Below are positions 36,617 to 44,615 of a stretch of DNA of 64,000 nucleotides, piece by piece. Source of the DNA: an uncultured virus (IMG/VR IMGVR_UViG_3300037418_001250) (Duplodnaviria; Heunggongvirae; Uroviricota; Caudoviricetes); IMG/VR virus record IMGVR_UViG_3300037418_001250; one strand, written 5' to 3'. The position numbers were made by a program, and so were the translations under genes. The stretch's first letter is position 1, and the number at the start of each line of letters is the position of its first letter. The notes below the pieces were generated by a model. It was not told where the DNA came from. It saw only the letters and a list, made by a program, of their open reading frames with translations, and searched no databases.

Positions 36617-36831
36617 TCCAGCGGCTCGAAGTTGTCGGCGAAGTATTGCGCCGCGACGAGCCATTGATCGGTGTGGTTTTTGGGATTGCGGGCGATCATG
36701 TCGCCAGCTTTCGGGCTCCCAGCGTCGCGGTCGGGCTTGGAAATGCTGACGTGTTCCAAGTCCTCGCCCTCGACGTAGGGCCTCAGCTCGGCGATCTGAC
36801 TGCGGCGGTATTGTTTGAAATCGCTGCTCAC
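36613..36831 (-). CDS. phage hypothetical protein
   Basis: GSPKAGDMIARNPKNH.DQWLV; coupled at both ends. Confidence 0.7.
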   Translation of the reverse strand: MSSDFKQYRRSQIAELRPYVEGEDLEHVSISKPDRDAGSPKAGDMIARNPKNHTDQWLVAAQYFADNFEPLE

Positions 36832-37061
36832 TTCGTTATCTCCCGTAAAGCTTTCCGCAACATCCGCCGCGTCTCTCTGACAGCGTATGACTTCGCCGCT
36901 TGCTGCGTTGCAAATCCGCCGATGCGGCCTATGGGATATTCCAAGTCGGCGACGAAGGAGCCTTTGAGATCTGGGTCCTGCGGTGCTGATTTCCATATCC
37001 GGATCACGCCCGGCGACTTTCCAGCGTAGATGTCGCCCGAGGGATGCTGGCGCCACTTCAT
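36828..37061 (-). CDS. hypothetical protein
   Basis: GGAGA SD; coupling. Confidence 0.5.
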   Translation of the reverse strand: MKWRQHPSGDIYAGKSPGVIRIWKSAPQDPDLKGSFVADLEYPIGRIGGFATQQAAKSYAVRETRRMLRKALREITK

Positions 37062-37101
37062 TCGAACTTCTCCGCGTCGCGTGCCTGCCACTTGAAGCTG
37101 T

Positions 37102-37461
37102 TCATTGCGCGCTCGTCCCCTCGACGCCGCGCGCCTGACGGTCAGACGTGCGCATCTTGAGCCAGCCAAGAGCGCTCTCGACGTCGATTAGCGCCATTGC
37201 GTTTTCGTGGCACTTGTAAGGGCCGCTCTGAAAGCCTTGGAGCCGGTCGATGCAGATGGCGAGCAGGCTTTCGATGCTGATGCCGTTGACGCCGTGCTCT
37301 TTGACGGGGCCATTCTGGAAGAAAATCTCAGTGGTGTCGTAGCTGAGCATGTCGTTGATCTGGTATCGGTGACATGCTCCACCGTGGCCGGGCTCATCGA
37401 GCACCAAGATTTTGAGCTGATCGTCCAGCTCGTTGCCCTTGTGTGTCGTGATCTCTCTCAT
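37102..37461 (-). CDS. tad1: Tad1-family anti-Thoeris/anti-CBASS nucleotide sponge
   Basis: GGACHRY..I.FQ.G...E...G....LL.I..DRL..FQ.GP...EN..AL..VE.AL.W...R..DR..R.V.GT matches the Tad1 pattern as recalled. Confidence 0.85.
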   Translation of the reverse strand: MREITTHKGNELDDQLKILVLDEPGHGGACHRYQINDMLSYDTTEIFFQNGPVKEHGVNGISIESLLAICIDRLQGFQSGPYKCHENAMALIDVESALGWLKMRTSDRQARGVEGTSAQ

Positions 37462-37468
37462 GGCGTCC

Positions 37469-37684
37469 TCACTTGTAGATCAGCGCGCGAACGGCGCAGT
37501 CTTTGGCTTCGAGAAGTTTGCGGAGTGCGACGGTGCGTTCCGGGTTGCGCGGCACCGTTGCGACGAGGTGATCGGCCATCGATGCGAAAGGCCGGCTGAC
37601 GGCCTGGAGCCCTTCTGGCAAATGCGCGTAGCCAAAGAATTGAAGGATCGGCTCGTCGCGATCCGAGTTCGGCGTGTTTGACAT
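37469..37684 (-). CDS. small helical-hairpin protein, candidate nucleotide sponge
   Basis: FGYAHLP..LQ.VS.PF...PERTVALRKLLEAKDCAVRA; adjacent to tad1. Confidence 0.65.
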   Translation of the reverse strand: MSNTPNSDRDEPILQFFGYAHLPEGLQAVSRPFASMADHLVATVPRNPERTVALRKLLEAKDCAVRALIYK

Positions 37685-37685
37685 T

Positions 37686-38003
37686 TTATTTCCGCTTTCC
37701 GGTGAATGCTCCCGTTGCACCAACGCGCAGTTCCGCGCCGGGAAGCTCGGCGAGAACGGACAAGGCAGTCGGGTCGCCCTGGGCTTCCCGTTCGATCTTC
37801 AAGCAGTTGACAAAGAAGCGCCGCGCCGGAGCTTCGAAGCTTTGAAAAAGCTCGAGCGTTCGCCGGATGCCGTCGAGGCGGGTGACCGATTGCTGGCAGG
37901 CGGCAACGTCGCTGCCGGTTGCGTGTTCAAGTCGGAGCTTGGCGGCGACGAGCTGCGCCGCTATTTCCTCAAGGTAGCCGTCGAGCGGCGATGGCTCGCT
38001 CAT
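37686..38003 (-). CDS. hypothetical protein
   Basis: GGAGA SD; ATGA coupling. Confidence 0.55.
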   Translation of the reverse strand: MSEPSPLDGYLEEIAAQLVAAKLRLEHATGSDVAACQQSVTRLDGIRRTLELFQSFEAPARRFFVNCLKIEREAQGDPTALSVLAELPGAELRVGATGAFTGKRK

Positions 38004-38581
38004 CGGAAGTCTCCGCGCGTGCGGCGCCACTCATCGCAAGCGGTGATGACCCGGTGGCATTGATCGAGGCTGAACATGCCGATGTGGCATTGGTCGCGCT
38101 CGATACCGAGCGTTTCGGCCAGCCATTTGTAGGCGGCCTTGCGGGCCGCGCCTGAGCCCTGGCGGCTGAACCCGCTCATCACATGCCAGAGAGGGTCGAA
38201 GGCCGCGTGCGCCCTCCGGCGGGCGCTTCTCAGCGCATAATTGGCGGCGGTGCCGAGAGGCTTGGTTGTGTGGGGATGGCAGCCGACCCAGGCCCGGCAG
38301 GGGCGGCAGAAATAGAAGGACTTCTGAGCGAGGTCGGGCCGCTCGGGATAGACGGCTTCGCCGGTTTCGAGTTGCGCAGGCTTGCCGCAATGAGCGCACG
38401 TTGCGGCGTCGTTTCGTGTGCCCCTTTTTGTGCCCACGCCCGCCGCGTTTGGCTCGTTTGGCGCGCGGTTGGAACGGGAATTTCCTAGGTTTTTCAGAGA
38501 AGGTGTGGAGGCCACGCCCGGAATTGAACCGGGGTACGCGGATTTGCAGTCCGTTACGTCACTTTTTGGCATCGTCGTCAT
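38000..38581 (-). CDS. DUF3268-like zinc-finger protein (frame spans attP; start uncertain)
   Basis: CAHCG...C.PC.AWVGCH......LG..A...LR..R..AH.AFDPLW...CHIGMF. Confidence 0.75.
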   Translation of the reverse strand: MTTMPKSDVTDCKSAYPGSIPGVASTPSLKNLGNSRSNRAPNEPNAAGVGTKRGTRNDAATCAHCGKPAQLETGEAVYPERPDLAQKSFYFCRPCRAWVGCHPHTTKPLGTAANYALRSARRRAHAAFDPLWHVMSGFSRQGSGAARKAAYKWLAETLGIERDQCHIGMFSLDQCHRVITACDEWRRTRGDFR

Positions 38582-38658
38582 CGGGTTGTTTTCCATTTGA
38601 AATTTGCCTTGTGCCCCCTTTAGTCCGATTTCACTAGGGGTCACAAACCGGGGGCACA
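38417..38658. repeat. putative integrase arm-type sites
   Basis: TGTGCCC at 38417, 38429, 38610; GGGGTCACA 38637; GGGGGCACA 38650. Confidence 0.6.
38506..38552 (-). other. attP: attP core: 3' half of tRNA-Cys(GCA)
   Basis: GGACTGCAAATCC...CCCCGGTTCAATTCCGGGCGTGGCCTCCA; no D-arm/5' acceptor; 80 bp from integrase. Confidence 0.85.
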
Positions 38659-39752
38659 TCGGAGGCTTTGGCCGCCTTGGCGGGGGCTACAACACTCGCG
38701 TCAATTGAACTTTCCAGATGCTCAACCTCAAGGAAAGCGTAGTGCTTCTGGGTGACCTTGGTGCCTGAGTGGCCGAGCCAGCGTGACACGCGCTCGATCG
38801 GCATCCGGTGATCCTGTAGCAGCCGACAGCCGCAGGTGCGCCGGAGGTCGTGCCACTCGACGTCCTTGATCTCCTTTTCCTTGAGCACGGCTTGGAGCTG
38901 CCGCCACGCCCAGGTGTGCTCGACCTGAACCGTCTCGCCGTCGTCGTTGATGCGCCAGAAGAGAAAATCGGTGGCGTTGTTTTTCAGCCGGCGCTCGGTG
39001 ATCTCCCAGGCGCGCGGCAGGAGTGGCACCCACCGCTGTTTGCCCGACTTCGAGATTTCGGCCCTGACGTGGACCCGCTTGTTACGGCGGTCGATGTCGG
39101 CCTTTAAGATGTTCCACTGCTCGTCGGCGCGCAGCCCGGTATCGAGCGCCCAGGCGAAGCGGTCGTAATCCTCGTTGCTGATGTCTTCGAGCAGCAACTT
39201 TTCCTCGTCGTGATGCAGGTAGCGGCTGCGGCCTTCGGCCTCGACCATCGCCCGCTTTTTCTTTCGGGCTCTGAGGAAGGGCTTCACCGGGTTATGCTTG
39301 ATCCACTCCCACTCTTCGGCCGACGAAAAGATCGACGACAGGCACGCGAGGTCGCGCTTGATCGTGACCGGCGAAATACGCTGTTTTGAATTTTTGCGCG
39401 GCCGCATTTTCCGGCGATGCTGCTCGAAGGCGTACAGCTCTTTCGAGCCGATGTCCCTGAGCCGCATGTGCCCGAAGTAGGGGAGCAGCCAGCCAAGCGA
39501 CGTGTCATAGCGCCGGATGGCGCCTTTCCTGAGCGTCGGCAAGTGTTCCTCGATCCACTTATTTGCGGCCATCCGGACGGTGTGATCGGTGTCGACCTTG
39601 AGGCCCGAGCGGGCGGCGTCGACGTCCTTCACCCAGGCGGCGAAGACTTGCTCAGCAATCTCTGGATCTTTTGTCTTGAGGGGTCGGCGGAGGGGCTTGC
39701 CCTGTCGCTTGATTTTACCCCACGCCCAGCCATTGCGCCAATAGATGCCCAC
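38634..39752 (-). CDS. int: tyrosine integrase
   Basis: TGLRADE, KSGK.R, WHDLRRT, WLGHS....T..Y. Confidence 0.93.
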   Translation of the reverse strand: MGIYWRNGWAWGKIKRQGKPLRRPLKTKDPEIAEQVFAAWVKDVDAARSGLKVDTDHTVRMAANKWIEEHLPTLRKGAIRRYDTSLGWLLPYFGHMRLRDIGSKELYAFEQHRRKMRPRKNSKQRISPVTIKRDLACLSSIFSSAEEWEWIKHNPVKPFLRARKKKRAMVEAEGRSRYLHHDEEKLLLEDISNEDYDRFAWALDTGLRADEQWNILKADIDRRNKRVHVRAEISKSGKQRWVPLLPRAWEITERRLKNNATDFLFWRINDDGETVQVEHTWAWRQLQAVLKEKEIKDVEWHDLRRTCGCRLLQDHRMPIERVSRWLGHSGTKVTQKHYAFLEVEHLESSIDASVVAPAKAAKASDVPPVCDP

Positions 39753-40000
39753 GGCCTTCTCTCCAGTCGTTCTTCGGGTTTCAATTCGCGGCCCTTGGAG
39801 CCGCCGCTCCCCCACCATTTGAGGAAGCCGTCGCGATCGTAGTGCCACCGGCTGCGGGGACCGTTCGGCTGGTAAGCCCAATCGATCGCGCCGGTCTCAG
39901 CCATTTCCTGAATTGTCCGCATCTTGTAGCCGGTGATGCGGCTGATCTCGGCGGAGGTCATGCGCTCAGGGAGCGCCGCTTCAATCGGTTCGGTCGTCAT
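39629..40000 (-). CDS. xis: excisionase-like HTH protein
   Basis: MTSAEISRITG...TI..MA..G.I; overlaps int start. Confidence 0.65.
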   Translation of the reverse strand: MTTEPIEAALPERMTSAEISRITGYKMRTIQEMAETGAIDWAYQPNGPRSRWHYDRDGFLKWWGSGGSKGRELKPEERLERRPWASIGAMAGRGVKSSDRASPSADPSRQKIQRLLSKSSPPG

Positions 40001-40491
40001 CGTGTGTCCGTTGTCTGGGGTACGCGCACGCGCTTCTGGAACGGCCGGGACTGCATCTTGCGCCCCTTCGGCCACTGTCGTTTCGGTTTTGGCCTGGACG
40101 CTGGCCGACTTTCTGAATTGGAAAGCATCTGGGCACGAAAAGCCGCTTCCTTGGCCCGCTTCTTCAAAATCCGCTTGGTGCGGGCCGCCTCGGTGACGTC
40201 GCCGCGATAGACGCCGTTGCCGAAAGTCTGCTTGTCGTGGGCCTTACAGGCCGTCGTTTGCGGATTGTGCAACAGCGTCATGTAGGCCGGGTCATTGGCG
40301 TGCGGCGTGTAGCTCGCGGGATCGGATTTCGGCTTCGTCTCGTCGCGCTTTCTGACCCACAAGGGCGGCGCGTGATTGACGACGGCGAAGCCGGGCGCGA
40401 TGGGCTCATGGCAGCCCTGGCAGACGCCCGCTTCGCGCTGCCAGACGACTTCCTTGGCCGTCTTCGAAATTGCTGGTCGCCGATCGCTCAC
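39997..40491 (-). CDS. HNH-like protein
   Basis: G.CQGC...NH..PL...N...C..HD..T. Confidence 0.55.
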   Translation of the reverse strand: MSDRRPAISKTAKEVVWQREAGVCQGCHEPIAPGFAVVNHAPPLWVRKRDETKPKSDPASYTPHANDPAYMTLLHNPQTTACKAHDKQTFGNGVYRGDVTEAARTKRILKKRAKEAAFRAQMLSNSESRPASRPKPKRQWPKGRKMQSRPFQKRVRVPQTTDTR

Positions 40492-40564
40492 GGAAAATCC
40501 CTTGCTGAGTGTCGGCGGCAACGGCTACCGCTCCGCCGCCGCCGACGTTGGTGTCCGCTGCGGC

Positions 40565-40792
40565 CTACGCCGCCTCCTGTCCCGGTCCAGCATCACCTTG
40601 AGCTTCGTCCCCGGCGTCATCACCGACGGGATCAACACCGTAGCGAAAGACGAACTCGTCGAACGTCTCCGGCTTGTTTTCGACCGGCATTTCGAAGCGC
40701 AGTTCGACGGCTTCGGCGCCGTACTCTTCGCAGAGCTTTTGCGCCAAGGCTTGCATTTCGGCTTGGTCGAGTTTTTTCACTGCATCACTCAT
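40565..40792 (-). CDS. acidic hypothetical protein
   Basis: ORF with phage-like codon use. Confidence 0.5.
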   Translation of the reverse strand: MSDAVKKLDQAEMQALAQKLCEEYGAEAVELRFEMPVENKPETFDEFVFRYGVDPVGDDAGDEAQGDAGPGQEAA

Positions 40793-40844
40793 GGCTTTCT
40801 TTCGTCGCTTGAGCGCGGCGAGCCCCGCCGCCGGGACGCTACAA

Positions 40845-41534
40845 TTACGCTGCCTGCTGCCCTCTCTTGTCGAGCCAGTAGCGGGCCGAGAATTTCCACC
40901 CCTCATCCATGTCGGACTTGTCGATGATCCATCTGAGATAGCCGGGCTCGTCTTCGAGGCGCTTGCCCTTGTGCATCCCGAAGCTGAATTTGCTGTAGAG
41001 CGGCGGCTCGGCCTGCCATTTCATTTGTTCGGCCCACGGCGCGGCGCCGGAGAGGTCGCAGAAGAGCGCGCCGGTCACGATACAATCGGAGAGCGCCCGG
41101 TGCGCGTCGATCGTCGACCGCATTTGCCCGAGTGGATTGAAGTGGCCGCGCCAGTAGCGGAGCGTGTTGTTTTTGTGGTTCGGCGCCTCCGGCCAAATGC
41201 GTAGCGCCGCCTTCATGGTGCAGTACCACTTCGGCTCGCCGAGCAATTGATGCAGGAAGCTCTGCTCGAACGCGGCGTTATGCGCCACGAAGAGGTCGGC
41301 GCCCTGGTACATGCCGATGATCTCGGAGACGTGCGGCTTGTCCTTCACGTCAGCGTCGATGATGTGATGCACTTCGCTTGTCTCCGGCGGGATCGGAATG
41401 CCGGGGTTGCAAAGGTGCGATTGCCGGGCGACGATTTCGCCGCCACGGCCAAGATCAATCGAGGCTATTTCGACGATCTTCGCCGTCGCCGGGTCGGTGC
41501 CAGTCGTTTCGATATCCACAACCCTCACAACCAT
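40845..41534 (-). CDS. DEDDh 3'-5' exonuclease (ExoX-like)
   Basis: VDIETTG, VAHNAAFE, AHRALSD, FGMHKG. Confidence 0.9.
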   Translation of the reverse strand: MVVRVVDIETTGTDPATAKIVEIASIDLGRGGEIVARQSHLCNPGIPIPPETSEVHHIIDADVKDKPHVSEIIGMYQGADLFVAHNAAFEQSFLHQLLGEPKWYCTMKAALRIWPEAPNHKNNTLRYWRGHFNPLGQMRSTIDAHRALSDCIVTGALFCDLSGAAPWAEQMKWQAEPPLYSKFSFGMHKGKRLEDEPGYLRWIIDKSDMDEGWKFSARYWLDKRGQQAA

Positions 41535-42148
41535 TTTCCTACCTCTCGCGTTAATGCCTGTTCGACCGGCCAGCGTCGATTGAGGCGGCCTTTCAGCGTG
41601 TCATAAGGAATGCCGGTTGCGCGGGACCAGCCCGCAAGAGTTTTGATCTGCCCTCGGAAGGAAATCAGCCGGTTATTGCGCTTGTTATTCGCCTGCTCTA
41701 GCGGTGAAGCCCAACGGCAATTTTGTTTCGAATAGCCCTGAGAATTATGCTTGCGGTCAAGCGTTCCCAGAGGGGGGCGGTCACCCATGTCCGCATAGAA
41801 ATTCTCGAATTTTTGCCATCGTCGGCAAACTTTGATCCCGCGGGCGCCGTAGTCGGCATACCGCTGATGTCGCGGGTTGCTGCACCGGGCGACCATGTCA
41901 GCCCAAATCCAATAGATTTTTGATCCGGCTTGACCATGTTTCGTACTGCGCTTGGTGCAGCTTTCTCGCCTCCCGCACCCGCACGATTTTGTATTACCGG
42001 TCCGCAAGGAATTTCCGATGACATCGAGCGTCGAACCGCATTCACACCGGCACGCATAAACTCGTTCTCGACCACGATTGGCGCACGCCTTTACGACGGT
42101 TAGGCGACCGAATTTCCTGCCAATCATTTCGATGGGTGCCGGGCTCAC
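41525..42148 (-). CDS. HNH homing-endonuclease-like protein
   Basis: GRKFGRLTV, TKSCGC, YGARGIKVC, LDR..N..GY...NCRWA..EQANN; lower GC. Confidence 0.8.
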   Translation of the reverse strand: MSPAPIEMIGRKFGRLTVVKACANRGRERVYACRCECGSTLDVIGNSLRTGNTKSCGCGRRESCTKRSTKHGQAGSKIYWIWADMVARCSNPRHQRYADYGARGIKVCRRWQKFENFYADMGDRPPLGTLDRKHNSQGYSKQNCRWASPLEQANNKRNNRLISFRGQIKTLAGWSRATGIPYDTLKGRLNRRWPVEQALTREVGKWL

Positions 42149-42432
42149 TGCAGCTTGCCTCTCTGCATGGATGCGACGAAGTCGGTGCAGAATTTGTTGG
42201 TGATCTCGATCCTCTTCATTGCCGGGATCGAGTTGGCGAGCGTCGTTGCCGCGAGGCTCGCCATGACGTTGACCAAGTCCTCGACGTAGGCGTCGAAGTT
42301 CTCGCTGCCGTGATGCCGCCCCGCCAAAAAGCCGAGCAGGGGTGATGCGAGAACGACGATGACGCTCATCAACTCACGGGTGTCTTCCGATTGCGCCGCG
42401 ATGGCGGCTTTGATGTCTGGAAAATCCGTCAT
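42145..42432 (-). CDS. hypothetical protein
   Basis: Coupled to neighbours. Confidence 0.5.
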   Translation of the reverse strand: MTDFPDIKAAIAAQSEDTRELMSVIVVLASPLLGFLAGRHHGSENFDAYVEDLVNVMASLAATTLANSIPAMKRIEITNKFCTDFVASMQRGKLQ

Positions 42433-42725
42433 CACATTCTCACCTGATGCAAAGCGGTATCGATGCGGCGATGCAGCTCGGCGAGCGCGCGGGCTTCTTC
42501 GTCGGGCGAAAAGATGCTGGTGACGCTGGAGTGCATGAGCGTCACGAGGATGCTTGTCAGGCAGTCGAGGATCGCCCCCTTCGAACACGGCATCATGCCG
42601 TCGATGACGGCATCGATTTCAGGCAGCGCGATCCTGGCGACCCGCATGACCCGTTGCGCCGGTTCCGGCAGCTCCGAAAGGTCCTGGTCGATACCGACGC
42701 CTCGAATAATGTGCGTGCCCTGCAT
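42432..42725 (-). CDS. hypothetical protein
   Basis: Coupled to neighbours. Confidence 0.5.
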   Translation of the reverse strand: MQGTHIIRGVGIDQDLSELPEPAQRVMRVARIALPEIDAVIDGMMPCSKGAILDCLTSILVTLMHSSVTSIFSPDEEARALAELHRRIDTALHQVRM

Positions 42726-43243
42726 TACGCCGCCGCCTTCCCCTTGCTGATACGCGAAGCACCTGTCTGTTTTAGCAACTCTACGGACACGCCAATGCGG
42801 AAGGCGAGTTCTGAAATCACCTTGTCGCAAACCTCGGTGTACTCTTCGCCCGTACACTTGCTCTTGGAGATCGACTTCGGCGCGACGAGCACGACGCTCC
42901 GTTCCCTGGCGATCATCCTGAGCGGCGGCTTGTCCATCAAGCTTTTCGCGCGGCCGATCAAGGCGCCGGAGACGAGACCGACGAAGCGGCGCGCGACGGT
43001 CGCCGGCACGCCGACCTTGAGCGCCAGATCGAAGGCGTCGCCGAGGTCGACCTCAAGCTCTTGCTTCCAGCCGACCTCGACGAGCGCCCAGGCGCGCAGA
43101 TGCTCGGCGCTGGTCGGCTGGAATTGTTCGTGCGGCGGCCAATTCTCGTAGGCGGCAGCGACGATGTGGAAAATGAGATTATGGTGCTCACGGCTGCGCT
43201 TTGCGTGCGGACACCAAGAGCATGTGCGAATAGATGCGCTCAT
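42725..43243 (-). CDS. DUF1367/NinB-like recombination-associated protein
   Basis: RS..HH...F...A..NW...EHLR.W.L...G...PKSIS. Confidence 0.55.
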   Translation of the reverse strand: MSASIRTCSWCPHAKRSREHHNLIFHIVAAAYENWPPHEQFQPTSAEHLRAWALVEVGWKQELEVDLGDAFDLALKVGVPATVARRFVGLVSGALIGRAKSLMDKPPLRMIARERSVVLVAPKSISKSKCTGEEYTEVCDKVISELAFRIGVSVELLKQTGASRISKGKAAA

Positions 43244-43818
43244 ACGTGCCTCCATGCTTCGCCGCGCCGGACGCGATAAATCTGACTGATACTGATCCCA
43301 AATTCCGCAGCAAGATCGGATGGCCTGCGGTCACTCATGTCTCGGATTTTCAACACGGCGGCTTCATCAAGAATGGCTGTCGCCACCTTTGAGCCGCGCG
43401 TATGGCGACCCTTCGTTACGCAATCGACGACGTTGTCGAGCGGCGTCCCCAAAAATAGATGATGGGGATTGATGCAACACCGCACGTCGCAGCGATGGCA
43501 AACAAAAAGTCCTGCCGGAATTGACCCAAAGAAGTGCTCGTAAATCTCACGCGTCAGCACTTTTTGCCGACCATCCTTTCGAACCTGCGGATAGCCATAG
43601 TTGTCGCAAGCTCCGGTCCATAAATGACACCCGCTGTTCGGCTCTGGCGACGCGCGGCTTAGCCAATCCGAAAGTGCTCGGCGCGTCGCGCCCGTTTCAC
43701 TGGCGGCGTAACAAGAGTGCGAACAGAACTTGGCCTTAGCGAACATTGCCGGTCGCCAGTTCGGGCGTGAAAATTCTCCACCACACCACGAGCAGACCTT
43801 GACCGTCGGCGTCGTCAC
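43240..43818 (-). CDS. HNH endonuclease
   Basis: PEPNSGCHLWTG...VCHRCD...C.NP.HLFLGT..DN..D...KGR; lower GC. Confidence 0.88.
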   Translation of the reverse strand: MTTPTVKVCSWCGGEFSRPNWRPAMFAKAKFCSHSCYAASETGATRRALSDWLSRASPEPNSGCHLWTGACDNYGYPQVRKDGRQKVLTREIYEHFFGSIPAGLFVCHRCDVRCCINPHHLFLGTPLDNVVDCVTKGRHTRGSKVATAILDEAAVLKIRDMSDRRPSDLAAEFGISISQIYRVRRGEAWRHV

Positions 43819-44165
43819 GGCGTCGACCCCTTGGCGCCGTTGGCCGCGGTCTCGATGGCGCTCATCCGCTCCTGCATTTCCTGCTTGAGATCGCAGATCG
43901 TACCGCGCAAGTCTTCGATCATCGCCTTGAGCGCGCCGATCTCGTCGGCGGGCGTCGCGGCGCGCGGCCTCACGTCACCGTAGATGGCGCGGCGGCGGGA
44001 GCCGACGGCGCTGACGGGAATGTCCAACTCGGTCGCGATGCGGCGATCATCCCAGCCGTCGTTGTATTCAAAGCTGCCGTCCTCATACGCTTTGCCGTTA
44101 GCGCCGATCATGACGCCGACTTGATGCGCTTCCTTCATCGTCAGTTTTCTGGCCTTCACTGCCAT
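43815..44165 (-). CDS. HTH/coiled-coil hypothetical protein
   Basis: W.D.RIA.EL......V...RR..YG. Confidence 0.55.
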   Translation of the reverse strand: MAVKARKLTMKEAHQVGVMIGANGKAYEDGSFEYNDGWDDRRIATELDIPVSAVGSRRRAIYGDVRPRAATPADEIGALKAMIEDLRGTICDLKQEMQERMSAIETAANGAKGSTP

Positions 44166-44211
44166 TTCCGTGCTCCCCGTGGGCTTCTACGCGCACTCTC
44201 ATCGTTTCCTT

Positions 44212-44517
44212 TCAGGCGGCCTCGCTGAACTGCACGCCAAGCTCTTCAAGCTCGCGCCGGACGCGCTTTGCTTCTTCCTCGTAAAAGAGAGTGGCCATCT
44301 CTTTGAGCCTGACCGCAAAGCGGGCTCTTGCTGTTGGTTGCTGCTCGCTGTCTGTCTCGGTGATATCAAGCCAAGGCGGGTCACCGAGGGTGATGCTTGC
44401 CCAACCGCTAACTATGAGCTGCAACATCTCGGTTGCTGCAACGGCGCGGCGGCTGCTGTTCAGCTTGTCCAGTTCATCGAAAAGCCGTTTGGCTCTCGTA
44501 ATGTCGGTGTCTTTCAT
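44212..44517 (-). CDS. hypothetical protein
   Basis: AGGGG SD. Confidence 0.5.
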   Translation of the reverse strand: MKDTDITRAKRLFDELDKLNSSRRAVAATEMLQLIVSGWASITLGDPPWLDITETDSEQQPTARARFAVRLKEMATLFYEEEAKRVRRELEELGVQFSEAA

Positions 44518-44615
44518 CCTGCATCCCCTTTTGAAATCTGGACCGGGCGAGCGTCCCGCTTTGCCTCTGTCACGCTCGCCCGGTTCTCGGCAAAACTTCC
44601 CCGCTTGCCGAAAGT

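Noticed and set aside
38506..38580. Complete tRNA-Cys gene
   Set aside because: Only anticodon arm, T-arm and 3' acceptor strand with CCA are present; the upstream sequence cannot form the D-arm or 5' acceptor, so it is called attP
44542..44584. 13-bp inverted repeat as a MITE; its loop shares an 11-mer (TGCCTCTGTCA) with 1501-1511
   Set aside because: Single copy, no target duplication; more simply a processing or terminator hairpin, and the 11-mer match may be chance
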